Shown: positions 1 through 9,646, counted from the first letter of the stretch. The stretch is DNA of 64,000 nucleotides from Candidatus Aceula lacicola (GCA_030765785.1 JAVCCC010000048.1:872-64871), one strand, 5' to 3'. Notes: generated by a model from the letters alone, not told the origin. Program-made: numbers and translations.

Positions 1-1626
1 CTTCGAGAAAAAGCGAAGGCGCAAATGGTTCAAGCCAAAAAAGTATTTACAAAGTCTAAAAAGCAAGAAGACGATGAAGATGAAGAAGAGGAAGATGAAG
101 AAGTTTCTTCGGCGCCTCGTAAACCAAGAATCCGAATTGCAAAGCCACAGCCTTCTTCGTCAAGTGATGAGGCAGATCAGGAGCCTAGATACGTCGGAGA
201 ATATAATTTACCAGGTTTAGATTTATTAAAAGATGCTCCAGCTGTTTCTGCGCAAAAACAAGAGGATGATTTATCGGGGGGAGCAAAAATTTTAGAAGAA
301 ACGCTTGCTCAGTTTGGTGTTTCTGTTCGAGTTGTTGATATTGAACAAGGACCGGTGATTACGCGTTATGAGCTTGAGCCTGCGCCAGGAGTGAAGGTGC
401 AAAGGATTACAGCTCTTTCTGATAATATCTCTCTTGCGATGAAAGCATCTTCTGTTCGTATTTTAGCTCCAATCCCAGGAAAGAATCGTGTTGGAATTGA
501 AGTGCCGAATGGATCATCAAGCATGGTTTGTCTTAAAGAAGTTTTATCGCAAGGAAATTTTACGGCATCGAAGTCTCGTCTTACGTTAGCGCTTGGAAAA
601 GATACGGCTGGCAAGGCTATGGTTGCGGATTTAGCAGAGATGCCGCATCTTTTGGTTGCTGGAACAACTGGATCTGGAAAAACGGTTTGTTTAAATAGTA
701 TTATCTTGTCAATGCTTTATAAATATGGTCCTAATGAAGTAAAGTTTTTGATGGTTGATCCAAAGATGGTCGAGTTAAGTCAGTATAATCCGATTCCGCA
801 TTGTTTATGTCCAGCTGTAACAAATCCAAAGAAAGTAACGGCAGCGCTTCATTGGGTTGTCGGAGAGATGGAGTCGCGGTATTCACTGCTTGCAAAAACA
901 GGATCTCGCAACATTGTTGATTATCATAAAAAAGGTAATGGGATGCCCTATATTGTTGTTGTGATTGATGAGCTTGCTGATTTGATGCAGATTTGTCCTA
1001 AAGAAGTCGAGAGCGCAATTACACGCTTAGCGCAATTGTCACGAGCCGTTGGAATTCATTTGATTTTAGCGACGCAGCGACCATCAGTAGATGTTATTAC
1101 TGGTGTTATTAAAGCAAATTTTCCAGCGCGTATTTCATTTAAGGTTGCATCAAAGATTGATTCTCGAACTGTTTTAGATATGAATGGAGCTGAAAATTTG
1201 ATTGGGAAAGGTGACATGCTTTTCTTGAAGCCTGGTGAGGCAAAACCAATTCGAGGGCAGTGTTGTTATGTTTCTGATGATGAGATTGCAAAGGTTATTG
1301 ATTTTATTAAAGTTCAGCAAGAGCCCGTCTATGATGATAGCATTATTGCAAAACAAAAAATTTCTGCAACTGGTGTTTCTAGTCAGAAAGATGAGCTTCA
1401 TGATGAGGCTGTGCGTTTGGTTATTGAAACAAATCAGGCATCTGTTTCAATTTTACAGAGGCGCATGCGTTTAGGGTATACGCGGGCAGCAAGATTGATT
1501 GACATGATGGAACAGGAGGGAATCGTCGGACCATATTGCGGAAGTAAACCCCGAGAGATTCTTGTGAATCGTGAAGAATGGCTTATGAAAGACATGGAAG
1601 AGAATACGGAGAGTGAAAATGGATGA
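1..1626 (+). CDS. ftsK: DNA translocase FtsK/SpoIIIE, C-terminal motor portion. The reading frame is open to the window start, so the gene is 5'-truncated by the window edge.
   Basis: Acidic/Pro-rich linker (EDDEDEEEEDEE, PQPSSSSDE). Walker A LVAGTTGSGKT. FtsK alpha/beta motor motifs (VIDELADLM, ATQRPSV). C-terminal winged-helix gamma-like region (ASVSILQRRMRLGYTRAARLID). Confidence 0.8.
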   Translation, partial: LREKAKAQMVQAKKVFTKSKKQEDDEDEEEEDEEVSSAPRKPRIRIAKPQPSSSSDEADQEPRYVGEYNLPGLDLLKDAPAVSAQKQEDDLSGGAKILEETLAQFGVSVRVVDIEQGPVITRYELEPAPGVKVQRITALSDNISLAMKASSVRILAPIPGKNRVGIEVPNGSSSMVCLKEVLSQGNFTASKSRLTLALGKDTAGKAMVADLAEMPHLLVAGTTGSGKTVCLNSIILSMLYKYGPNEVKFLMVDPKMVELSQYNPIPHCLCPAVTNPKKVTAALHWVVGEMESRYSLLAKTGSRNIVDYHKKGNGMPYIVVVIDELADLMQICPKEVESAITRLAQLSRAVGIHLILATQRPSVDVITGVIKANFPARISFKVASKIDSRTVLDMNGAENLIGKGDMLFLKPGEAKPIRGQCCYVSDDEIAKVIDFIKVQQEPVYDDSIIAKQKISATGVSSQKDELHDEAVRLVIETNQASVSILQRRMRLGYTRAARLIDMMEQEGIVGPYCGSKPREILVNREEWLMKDMEENTESENG

Positions 1627-2404
1627 TCGTGCCCAGAAAGGTTTGATTTTAAAAGAAGCTCGAGAAGCAAAAGGGATTGCCTTAGAGACGGTTCACGAGG
1701 CAACAAAGATTCCTTTAGATGCATTAAAGGCGATTGAAGAGGGATATCGTGTTCGGACGATGACAGATTTTTATTATAGGGCATTTGTGAAATTGTATAC
1801 AAATTATTTAGGAATTGAAATTACAAAAGTTTTAGAAGATTACCAGCCTGAAGAAATCCCAAAGCCGATGGCGTTTCATCGTGGAAAGAATTTTTGGGAA
1901 GACGAAAAACCGACCATTTTTACACCAAATGTCGTTCGCAATATTATCAAGGCAGTTGTTATTATTTTTGGGATTTTTATTGTTATTCGAGTTGGAGGAT
2001 GCATTTTTAAGCGAATACCAGAAAGCAATTCTAAGAAAACAACACGAGCTAAAACCGTTAAGAAAAAATCTACGCCTATTGTTATGTCAAAGCCCATTGT
2101 GGCTAAATCTAAGCCAGGAGAAAAAAGTTCTCGTATTTCTGGAAAAAAGGTTAATCTTGTTGTGCGCGCCAAAGAAAGAACATGGTTACGTGTATCCACA
2201 GATGGAAGCGAAGTGTTCCGTTCTTCGTTATCTAAGGGTGCTGTTGAGTCTTGGGATGCGAAAGAAAGAATTGAGTTGTCCGGAAAGAATTTGCGAGGCC
2301 TTGAACTAGAGTTAAACGGAAAAGCGATTAGATCTTTAGCCGATGGCGTTCGAGGTATTCATAAGATTGTCATAACGCCTAACGGCTTTACCGTCGAAGA
2401 ATAA
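1613..2404 (+). CDS. rodZ: RodZ-like cytoskeleton protein: N-terminal HTH, single TM segment, C-terminal RodZ_C/DUF4115-like domain.
   Basis: N-terminus resembles an XRE-type HTH (LILKEAREAKGIALETVHEATKIPLDALKAIE). Hydrophobic segment IIKAVVIIFGIFIVI, then a lysine-rich linker. C-terminal beta-rich domain ending RGIHKIVITPNGFTVEE. Confidence 0.55.
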   Translation: MKMDDRAQKGLILKEAREAKGIALETVHEATKIPLDALKAIEEGYRVRTMTDFYYRAFVKLYTNYLGIEITKVLEDYQPEEIPKPMAFHRGKNFWEDEKPTIFTPNVVRNIIKAVVIIFGIFIVIRVGGCIFKRIPESNSKKTTRAKTVKKKSTPIVMSKPIVAKSKPGEKSSRISGKKVNLVVRAKERTWLRVSTDGSEVFRSSLSKGAVESWDAKERIELSGKNLRGLELELNGKAIRSLADGVRGIHKIVITPNGFTVEE

Positions 2405-2418
2405 CATTTAAATTACTT

Positions 2419-3714
2419 GTGCAATTTTCAAAAACCCCAATCGTTGATCAAATCCCGAAGGCATCAAGCGTACGGCTTATTAATTTAGGTTGTGCTCGAA
2501 ACTTAACTGATGCGCAAACCATCTTAGGCCGGCTTAAGAAAAAAGGTCATCCTATCGTTCATAATCAAAAAGCAGATGTTGTTATTTTAAATACATGTTC
2601 TTTTATTGAGAGTGCGAAAAAAGAGACAATTGATTTAATTTTAGAGCTTATTGATTTAAAGAAAAAAAGAGTTATTAAAAAGATTGCAGTTGTTGGATGT
2701 TTTCCTCAACGTTATCCAAAACAAATGCGCAAGGAGTTTAAGGAAGTTGACTTTATCGATGGGGTTTTGGCTTTAGAAAAAGAAGAAAAAGAGGATAAAG
2801 TTATTTTAACGCCGAAATCTTATGTGTATTTAAAGATTTGTGAGAGCTGCTACAATCTTTGCCATTTTTGTGTGATTCCTAAAATTAAAGGTAAATTTGC
2901 TTCACGTTCAATAGAGTCAATTACAGAAGAAGCCACGAAATTTGATAAAAAGAGAATTAAAGAAGTTAATATTATAGGGCAAGATATTACTGCTTATGGT
3001 TTTGATATTTATAAGCGTAAAGCGCTTGTTGATTTGCTCAAAGGTTTGTTGAAAAGTACTAAGAATATTAAATGGTTTCGTCTTTTATATGCATACCCTA
3101 CGCATGTCACAGATGAATTGCTTGATCTTATGCAGGAGCAAAAACGTATTTGTCAGTATTTAGATATTCCTTTACAGCATATAAATGATAAAATTTTAAA
3201 GAATATGAATCGGAATTCTTCGAAAAGGAAAATAATCGTTTTAATTCAGAAGATACGGAAGAAAATGCCTCTTTGCTGTCTGCGCACCTCTTTTATCGTC
3301 GGATATCCTGGTGAGACAGAAGTTCAATTTAAGGAGTTATGTTTATTTGTTAGAAAGTTTCAGTTTGATCGAGTCGGTGTTTTTATGTATTCAAAAGAAG
3401 ATGGAACGAGAGCCGCGCGTTTACCTAGTCAAGTTTCAAAGAGCGTTAAACAAAGACGTTATGATGTTTTGATGAAACTTCAGCAGGAGATTTCTACTCG
3501 CAAGCTTAAGAATTTTGTTGGTAAGAAACTTTCTGTTATCATTGACGAAAAGATGAAGAATGATAAGGGAGTATACGTTGGTCGCAGTCAGTACGATGCT
3601 CCTGAAGTTGATGGCGTTGTTTATGTTGAAACAAAAAAGAAAATAAATCCAGGTGATTTTATTACAGTTGAAATAATGGACAGTTATGAGTATGATTTAA
3701 TAGGTAAATATTAA
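2419..3714 (+). CDS. rimO: Radical-SAM methylthiotransferase of the MiaB/RimO family, probably RimO (ribosomal protein S12 methylthiotransferase).
   Basis: N-terminal MTTase domain (LINLGCARNLTDAQ, NTCSFIE). Radical SAM CxxxCxxC (CYNLCHFC). C-terminal TRAM-like domain. Length 431 aa. Confidence 0.55.
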   Translation: MQFSKTPIVDQIPKASSVRLINLGCARNLTDAQTILGRLKKKGHPIVHNQKADVVILNTCSFIESAKKETIDLILELIDLKKKRVIKKIAVVGCFPQRYPKQMRKEFKEVDFIDGVLALEKEEKEDKVILTPKSYVYLKICESCYNLCHFCVIPKIKGKFASRSIESITEEATKFDKKRIKEVNIIGQDITAYGFDIYKRKALVDLLKGLLKSTKNIKWFRLLYAYPTHVTDELLDLMQEQKRICQYLDIPLQHINDKILKNMNRNSSKRKIIVLIQKIRKKMPLCCLRTSFIVGYPGETEVQFKELCLFVRKFQFDRVGVFMYSKEDGTRAARLPSQVSKSVKQRRYDVLMKLQQEISTRKLKNFVGKKLSVIIDEKMKNDKGVYVGRSQYDAPEVDGVVYVETKKKINPGDFITVEIMDSYEYDLIGKY

Positions 3715-3734
3715 TAAGACCAGGAGCTAGAGAA

Positions 3735-4313
3735 ATGAATCTTGCAAATAAACTAACAGTATCACGTGTTTTCTTAACGATTTTATTTATTTTCTTTATC
3801 CGTCAGGAAAGTTTGACGTTTGCCGTCTTGGCGACCGCGACGTTTATGTTAGCATCATTGACAGATTATTATGATGGGTATATTGCTCGAAAATATAATT
3901 TGGTTAGCGATTTTGGAAAATTAATGGATCCTATTGCAGATAAGTTTTTGATGCTGGCTGCTTTTCTTGCGTTTGTGCGAATGAATATTGTCGGCGATTG
4001 GATGGTTGTTCTAATCCTAGGAAGAGAAATTATTATAACGGGATTAAGAATTTTTGCTTTAAGCAAGCAAAAGGTATTGGCTGCTGAAAAAGGTGGAAAA
4101 CACAAAACTGTTTCGCAGGTGGCAGCTATTTTTATTATTTTGGGATTTATTATTTTTAAGCGATCTGTCACGATTATCTCAGGATGGTCCGAAGATGTTG
4201 AATTTTGGTGGAAAGTAGGCATCAATGTCTCAATGCTTGTGACAGTTGCCTTGACGTTAATTTCTGGAATTTCTTATGTGTGGCGAAATCGACATCTTAT
4301 AAAAACACAATGA
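3735..4313 (+). CDS. pgsA: CDP-diacylglycerol--glycerol-3-phosphate 3-phosphatidyltransferase.
   Basis: CDP-alcohol phosphatidyltransferase motif DYYDGYIARK...G...DPIADK. Polytopic membrane protein of 192 aa. Confidence 0.75.
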   Translation: MNLANKLTVSRVFLTILFIFFIRQESLTFAVLATATFMLASLTDYYDGYIARKYNLVSDFGKLMDPIADKFLMLAAFLAFVRMNIVGDWMVVLILGREIIITGLRIFALSKQKVLAAEKGGKHKTVSQVAAIFIILGFIIFKRSVTIISGWSEDVEFWWKVGINVSMLVTVALTLISGISYVWRNRHLIKTQ

Positions 4314-4759
4314 AAAATACATTAGTAAAAATAGTATCAACTTTTTTTGGAATTGGCTATGCGCCTATTGCGCCAGGTAGCGTTGCAAGTGTGGTTGCGG
4401 GAATTTTGTCCGTCAGTCTTTTTGGAAATATGTATCTTTACGTCTTTGTCTTTTTAGTTGTAACAATTGTCGGATTTCTTATTTCAGGGAAGATGGAACC
4501 TATCGTTAAGGAGAAAGATCCATCGTGCGTTGTTATCGACGAGGTTTCTGGTGTGATGATTACGTTTTTCATGCTGCCTAAAACATGGCCTGTTTTAATT
4601 ACAGCATTCTTTTTGTTTCGCGCATTTGATATGTTTAAGATTTATCCTGCGAACTATTTTGAGAAAAAACCAGGCGGCGTTGGCATTATGATGGATGATA
4701 TTGTAGCTGGGATTTATGCTAATTTTGTTATGCAGATTTCTTTGCTTATTCTAAGATAG
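4310..4759 (+). CDS. pgpA: Phosphatidylglycerophosphatase A. Start chosen at the ATG overlapping the pgsA stop (ATGA); the ORF-track start at 4205 lies inside pgsA.
   Basis: PgpA-like membrane protein: FGIGYAPIAPGS and VIDEVSG motifs. It directly follows pgsA, the classic order of the pathway. Confidence 0.6.
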   Translation: MKNTLVKIVSTFFGIGYAPIAPGSVASVVAGILSVSLFGNMYLYVFVFLVVTIVGFLISGKMEPIVKEKDPSCVVIDEVSGVMITFFMLPKTWPVLITAFFLFRAFDMFKIYPANYFEKKPGGVGIMMDDIVAGIYANFVMQISLLILR

Positions 4760-4773
4760 AATAACTTTTAACA

Positions 4774-4922
4774 ATCCCGGAAACTTTGTTTTCGGGATAA
4801 ATTCGCGCAGATAATTTACGTTGCAATATTTATTAATATCGTTAATCCCGACACGTTGCACGTGCGGGATAAAGTTCAAAAATCTAAATGTTTAATATCC
4901 CGACACGTTGCACGTGCGGGAT
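4774..4922. repeat. Array of three hairpin/palindrome modules in the pgpA/BI-1 intergenic region. Each has the outer stem ATCCCG...CGGGAT followed by ATAAA. Copies 2 and 3 are identical 26-nt hairpins; copy 1 has a different inner stem.
   Basis: Hairpin 1 is 4774-4798 (atcccggaaactttgttttcgggat). Hairpin 2 is 4845-4870 and hairpin 3 is 4897-4922 (both atcccgacacgttgcacgtgcgggat). The flanks after copies 1 and 3 are similar (aaattcg..cag.a.a.tttacgtt). SD ggagg at 4981 and ATG at 4990 follow. Confidence 0.6.
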
Positions 4923-4989
4923 AAATTCGTCCAGAAAGTTTACGTTTACTAGCGTTCCGTAAGCTTGGGACTTATTTGAAGGAGGTATT

Positions 4990-5766
4990 ATGAGAAGATC
5001 ATCAAATCCGACATTGAATCCGGCAATATTTTCTCAGCTTGAGGCTGCGGGAAGTGAAGGAGCAATGACCGTTCAAGGAGCGGTGAATAAAATTTTTGTT
5101 TTGCTTTTTTTAGTTATGATCACGGCATCTTGGTCATGGGGGAAAATTTTTCAGCCTGCGTCAGATCTTGGCTTAAGTCAGGAAGCTGTGCCGATTTCTG
5201 GCACATCGATTGGGCTTATTACAGTTTGTGCTATTGTCGGTTTTATTATCGCATTTGTAACTATTTTTAAAAAACAATGGTCTCAGTTTACTGCGCCAGC
5301 ATACGTGTTGTGCGAAGGTGTTGTTTTAGGTGGGCTTTCTGCAATTTTCGAAATGCAATATCCTGGCATTGTTCTTCAGGCTGTTTGCCTTACGTTTGGA
5401 GTGCTTTTTGCCATGCTTTTGATTTATAAATCAGGACTGATTAAAGTGACGCAAAAGTTTCGTATGGGTGTGGTCGCAGCAACTGCTGGAATTGCCGTTG
5501 TTTATTTCTTGAGTTTTGTCTTGGGTTTTTTTGGAATACATTTGCCTTTTATTCAAGGATCGAGTACGATGGGAATTCTTTTTAGCTTGTTTGTTGTTGG
5601 AATTGCCGCACTAAATCTTGTTTTAGATTTTGATTTTATTGATCAGGGTGCTGCTCATCGTTTGCCGAAATACATGGAGTGGTATTCTGCTTTCGGTATC
5701 ATGGTTACCTTGATTTGGCTTTATATTGAAATTCTTCGATTGCTTTCAAAGTTAAGAAGAAGGTAA
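4990..5766 (+). CDS. Bax inhibitor-1/YccA (TMBIM) family inner-membrane protein.
   Basis: 258 aa. About 7 hydrophobic helices after a hydrophilic N-terminus. Basic C-terminal tail (LSKLRRR) typical of BI-1/YccA proteins. Confidence 0.5.
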   Translation: MRRSSNPTLNPAIFSQLEAAGSEGAMTVQGAVNKIFVLLFLVMITASWSWGKIFQPASDLGLSQEAVPISGTSIGLITVCAIVGFIIAFVTIFKKQWSQFTAPAYVLCEGVVLGGLSAIFEMQYPGIVLQAVCLTFGVLFAMLLIYKSGLIKVTQKFRMGVVAATAGIAVVYFLSFVLGFFGIHLPFIQGSSTMGILFSLFVVGIAALNLVLDFDFIDQGAAHRLPKYMEWYSAFGIMVTLIWLYIEILRLLSKLRRR

Positions 5767-6064
5767 CAAGACTTACCTATGTTTACTTTCTGTTACCTAT
5801 ATTTATCTACTTATATACATAAATAACTATTCACAGCTGATAGTATAAATCTCTATACATACTTATACTTACCGGTAGTTACTTAATTTATATCCAATTA
5901 TATAATAAATTCATGTATAATGAATTTGAAGGTATCGTATATTATCTTACATTTACCCAGACTTACTTGTGCTATTATTATGTTGCAATATAATGCATGA
6001 TAGACTATATAATGTCATATATTGCAAGGAATGCAATATGTCGAGTTTTGAAATTCTTTTTTGA

Positions 6065-6535
6065 TTATTCTTGAAGAAGAACGGAGAGGAGACCAAGGGA
6101 TTTTTTACAGGCTTGAGACTTAATTGTTTTTCGAGATCCTTTGAATTGACACTGGATGCAAATATCATGTTTTTTCGAACTCGCAGCGATAAAAGCAAAA
6201 CCAATGGGTTTGTTTTTTGTGCTGCCGGTTGGGCCAGCGATTCCTGTGATTCCAATCCCGTAGTCTGAGCTAAGTGATTTGCGTGCGCCATTTGCCATTT
6301 TTATTGCAACTTGAGAGCTGACAGCGCCATGAGTTGCGATTAGCTTGGACGGGACTTTCAAGAATTTTGTTTTTGCCTCGTTTGAATACGCGACGATTCC
6401 AGCCTTTAGGAATTTAGAGCTTCCGCTAATATCTGTCAGGAAATTTGAGAGAAGGCCACCAGTGCAGGATTCGGCCAAAGATAATGTTTTTTTATTTTTA
6501 ATAAGAATTTTTGCGACTTCTTGTTCTATTCGCAT
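6065..6535 (-). CDS. CinA C-terminal domain protein (PncC-like nicotinamide-nucleotide amidohydrolase). Start placed at the internal Met MRIEQEV; the ORF could extend to 6595.
   Basis: CinA_C signature LSLAESCTGGLLSNFLTDISGSS...YGIGITGIAGP. Confidence 0.65.
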   Translation of the reverse strand: MRIEQEVAKILIKNKKTLSLAESCTGGLLSNFLTDISGSSKFLKAGIVAYSNEAKTKFLKVPSKLIATHGAVSSQVAIKMANGARKSLSSDYGIGITGIAGPTGSTKNKPIGFAFIAASSKKHDICIQCQFKGSRKTIKSQACKKSLGLLSVLLQE

Positions 6536-6676
6536 ATCTTTATTATAAAGAATAGAAAAACATTTACAACATAAACATCTTGAATTTTTTGTCAAAAAGA
6601 CTTATAATTCGTGATGCTCATTTGATTAGATTTAGAGTATATATATTAAGACTAATAATACAAAGGATGGAGTGCT

Positions 6677-7891
6677 ATGAGTAATTCAATTGAAGAAATT
6701 ATTAAGGATCTTCAGCAAGGGAAAATGATTATTGTTATTGATGATGAGGGCCGTGAAAATGAGGGTGATCTTTTAATTGCAGCAGAATTTACTAATCCAG
6801 ATCATATTAATTTTATGGCACGAGAAGCCAGAGGCCTTATTTGCATGCCAATGGAAGGCAAAAGACTTGATGAGCTTCGGCTTCATCCAATGGTTTCTAC
6901 CTTGAGTGATTGGCAAGATGAGGGAAACACCGGATGGACAGTTTCGGTCGATGCCGCTAAGAATTCGACAACTGGAATTTCAGCTGCTGATAGAGCGCAA
7001 ACAGTAAAGGTTTTGGTTGATCCTGAAACAGAGCCACAAGATTTGATTCGGCCGGGACATTTGTTTCCATTGAAGGCAAGAGAAGGCGGCGTTTTGGTTC
7101 GCGCTGGACATACTGAAGCGACAGTTGATTTGATGAGAATCTCTGGACTTTATCCAGCTGGGGTTATTTGCGAGATTATGAAGCCAGATGGAACCATGGC
7201 AAGAACTTCTGAGCTTAAGGAATTTTCTAAAAAGCATAGTTTAAAGATTTGCACAATTGATAGTATTATTGAGTATCGAAGAAAAAAAGATAAATTGATT
7301 GAAAAGTCAGGCGAAGCAAAACTCCCAACAAGGAATGGCGATTTTCAAATGATTGGCTATGATTCAACAGTTGATGGAGTTACGCATGTCGCACTTGTGC
7401 GAGGCAATGTTTCAGGTAGCGAGCCTGTTTTAGTCCGCGTTCAGTCTGAATGTTTAACTGGCGATGTTTTTGGATCAAGACGATGCGATTGTCGCGAACA
7501 ATTAGATGCAGCTTTAAGTGCTATTGAAAAAGAAGATCGTGGCATTATGCTTTATATGAGACAAGAGGGTCGAGGTATCGGATTGCAAAATAAAATTAAA
7601 GCATATCACCTTCAAGATCAGGGGATGGATACCGTTGAGGCGAATGAAGCGCTAGGGTTTGGTGCTGATTTGCGGGATTACGGTATTGGAGCGCAAATTT
7701 TAGTTGATTTAGGTGTTAAGGAAATCAGGCTTTTAACAAATAATCCAAAAAAGATTGTTGGGCTTGAGGGCTATGGTCTTAAGGTTGTTGAGCGTGTTCC
7801 TATCGTTATTCCACATAATGAAAAAAATAAGAATTATTTAAAGACTAAAAAAGAAAAGCTGGGTCATTTCCTAGAGTCTTTGAGGTTTTAA
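6677..7891 (+). CDS. ribBA: Bifunctional 3,4-dihydroxy-2-butanone-4-phosphate synthase / GTP cyclohydrolase II.
   Basis: DHBP synthase N-domain ([14 protein letters not shown]). GTP cyclohydrolase II C-domain ([19 protein letters not shown], zinc-binding CxC...C). Confidence 0.85.
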   Translation: MSNSIEEIIKDLQQGKMIIVIDDEGRENEGDLLIAAEFTNPDHINFMAREARGLICMPMEGKRLDELRLHPMVSTLSDWQDEGNTGWTVSVDAAKNSTTGISAADRAQTVKVLVDPETEPQDLIRPGHLFPLKAREGGVLVRAGHTEATVDLMRISGLYPAGVICEIMKPDGTMARTSELKEFSKKHSLKICTIDSIIEYRRKKDKLIEKSGEAKLPTRNGDFQMIGYDSTVDGVTHVALVRGNVSGSEPVLVRVQSECLTGDVFGSRRCDCREQLDAALSAIEKEDRGIMLYMRQEGRGIGLQNKIKAYHLQDQGMDTVEANEALGFGADLRDYGIGAQILVDLGVKEIRLLTNNPKKIVGLEGYGLKVVERVPIVIPHNEKNKNYLKTKKEKLGHFLESLRF

Positions 7892-7892
7892 T

Positions 7893-8363
7893 ATGGCAAA
7901 AGTAATTCAAGGGGGCAAAAAAGGAAAAGGCATTAAGCTTGGGGTTGTTGTTTCCAAGTTTAATGATTTTATTACATCTAAACTTTTAGATGGATGTCTT
8001 GAAGAGTTATCCAAAAATGGTGTCAAGAAAAGTGATGTCATTGTTGTCTGGGTTCCGGGGGCATGGGAGATTCCTATTGTCGCACTTCAATTGGCTAAAA
8101 AGAAAAATATACACGGCGTCATTTGTCTCGGTGCTGTAATCCGCGGAGAGACATCGCATTTTGATTTTGTTGCACGCGGTGCCTGCGAGGGCATTCAAGA
8201 AATTGCGCTTTCAACAGGCAAACCCGCGATTCTCGGTGTTTTAACGACAGATACAATTGATCAGGCATATAAGCGTTCTGGGAAAAATAATAACAAGGGA
8301 CATGATGCTGCAATAGCAGCTATTGAAATGGTTGATGCTTTAAAGAAGTTAAAGAAAATATAG
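7893..8363 (+). CDS. ribH: 6,7-dimethyl-8-ribityllumazine synthase.
   Basis: 156 aa. Lumazine synthase motifs (SKFNDFIT, WVPGAWEIP, CLGAVIRGETSHFDFV). Confidence 0.85.
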   Translation: MAKVIQGGKKGKGIKLGVVVSKFNDFITSKLLDGCLEELSKNGVKKSDVIVVWVPGAWEIPIVALQLAKKKNIHGVICLGAVIRGETSHFDFVARGACEGIQEIALSTGKPAILGVLTTDTIDQAYKRSGKNNNKGHDAAIAAIEMVDALKKLKKI

Positions 8364-8396
8364 TTTTGGGTCTTTGATTAAAAACAGAGTTTATAA

Positions 8397-8825
8397 ATGC
8401 GAAAACGAACATTAGCTCGTGAATTAGTTTTAAAAGTTCTTTATCAGGCTGATATAAGAAAAGAGCCTGTGTCTGCAATTGCCCAAAGTTTTTCTGACCT
8501 TTCCGAAATCAACGATAGTGAAATTAAAAGTTTTGCCCAAACTCTTCTCTCGGGTATCGAGATAAACTCAAAAGAAATCGACGCAAAGATTCTTAAATAT
8601 GCCTCCAATTGGGATTTGGACCGCATGGCATTTATAGATCGCAATATTTTAAGAATGGGTATTTTTGAATTGTTGTATATGCCAGATGTTCCATCAAAAG
8701 TTTCCATCAACGAAGCTATTGAGCTTGCAAAAAAATATGGCGATATTGAATCAAGTAGATTTGTAAACGGAATCTTAGATAAAGCGCACAAAACAAATCC
8801 AGTCGTGAAAGATAAGAAATCGTGA
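8397..8825 (+). CDS. nusB: Transcription antitermination factor NusB.
   Basis: 142 aa. NusB fold signature (RELVLKVLYQ..., WDLDRMAFIDRNILRMGIFEL). Conserved ribH-nusB linkage. Confidence 0.8.
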   Translation: MRKRTLARELVLKVLYQADIRKEPVSAIAQSFSDLSEINDSEIKSFAQTLLSGIEINSKEIDAKILKYASNWDLDRMAFIDRNILRMGIFELLYMPDVPSKVSINEAIELAKKYGDIESSRFVNGILDKAHKTNPVVKDKKS

Positions 8826-9646
8826 CGTTGTTTGCTGATCTTCATATACATACAAATTATTCGGATAGTAGCTTAACGCCAACGGAAGTTGTTCGAGAAT
8901 CTTTGAATGCTGGGCTAAGCTGTATTGCAATTACAGACCACGATACATTCGAAGGTGTGGCTCCTGTTAAAAGGGCGGCTGATTCAAAGAAACTAGAAAT
9001 TATTTCTGGTGTTGAGTTTTCTTCTGAGCTAGATGGACAGGATATTCATATTCTGGGATATTGTCTTGATCATGAAAATAAAGCACTTTTGAATAAAATT
9101 GATGCGATGCAGAATGCGCGAATTACTCGCATTGAGAAAATGATTGAAAAGCTAAGAGGGGTTGGTGTTGACAATATTGAATTGGGAGAAGTTTGTTCTT
9201 TGACAAAAACGAAATCGGTAGGACGCCCTCATCTAGCATTTGTGTTGAAAAAGAAAAAATGGGTAACGTCTATCAGAGAAGCATTTGATCGGTTTTTGGC
9301 TGATGGCGCTGTGGCATATGTTAAGAAATATAAGCAAACACCTCAACAGATTGTTGATCTTATTCGATCGTCAGGTGGCGTGGCTGTTTTAGCGCATCCT
9401 ATGGCTACAAATCGTGATGAGATTATTCCTGGACTTGTTAAAGGGGGGCTTCAGGGGCTGGAAGTTTATTATCCAAATTGTTCCAGATCTGTGATTGAAT
9501 ACTATGAAAATTTGGGAAAGAAATATAAATTAATTTTAACAGGCGGATCTGATGCGCATGGAGAAGGAAAAGAAAATACATTTATCGGAAAAGCAAAAGT
9601 GCCATACGAAACAGTTGAGCAATTAAAAGCACTGGCAAGCAACTGA
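8822..9646 (+). CDS. PHP-domain metal-dependent phosphoesterase, TrpH/YciV-like.
   Basis: N-terminal DLHIHTNYSDSSLTPTEVV...IAITDHDT matches the PHP His/Asp metal-binding pattern. GGSDAHGEG near the C-terminus. Confidence 0.65.
   Translation: MTLFADLHIHTNYSDSSLTPTEVVRESLNAGLSCIAITDHDTFEGVAPVKRAADSKKLEIISGVEFSSELDGQDIHILGYCLDHENKALLNKIDAMQNARITRIEKMIEKLRGVGVDNIELGEVCSLTKTKSVGRPHLAFVLKKKKWVTSIREAFDRFLADGAVAYVKKYKQTPQQIVDLIRSSGGVAVLAHPMATNRDEIIPGLVKGGLQGLEVYYPNCSRSVIEYYENLGKKYKLILTGGSDAHGEGKENTFIGKAKVPYETVEQLKALASN

Noticed and set aside
366-614. Short antisense and alternative-frame ORFs embedded in confidently assigned genes, scattered across the window. Examples: 366..614(-), 1174..1401(-), 1434..1802(-), 3869..4225(-), 6071..6268(+), 8444..8851(-), 25650..26066(-), 30918..31322(-), 58500..58874(-).
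   Set aside because: They lie entirely within well-supported coding genes on the other strand or frame, have no SD or promoter context, and show low-complexity composition. They are treated as shadow ORFs.
4774-4922. Possible CRISPR array (repeat-spacer-like periodicity of the three hairpin units)
   Set aside because: Only three units, the first differs from the other two in its core, the spacers are of unequal length and partly similar to each other, and no cas genes are nearby. It is better described as tandem hairpin or operator modules.
6596-6676. FMN riboswitch expected upstream of ribBA
   Set aside because: The region is only about 80 nt, AT-rich, and lacks the conserved FMN aptamer core, so no riboswitch is called.
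8822-9646. Annotating the PHP protein as histidinol-phosphatase (hisK)
   Set aside because: The N-terminal motif pattern matches the TrpH/YciV-type PHP phosphoesterases rather than HisK, and no his genes are nearby. The call is kept generic.
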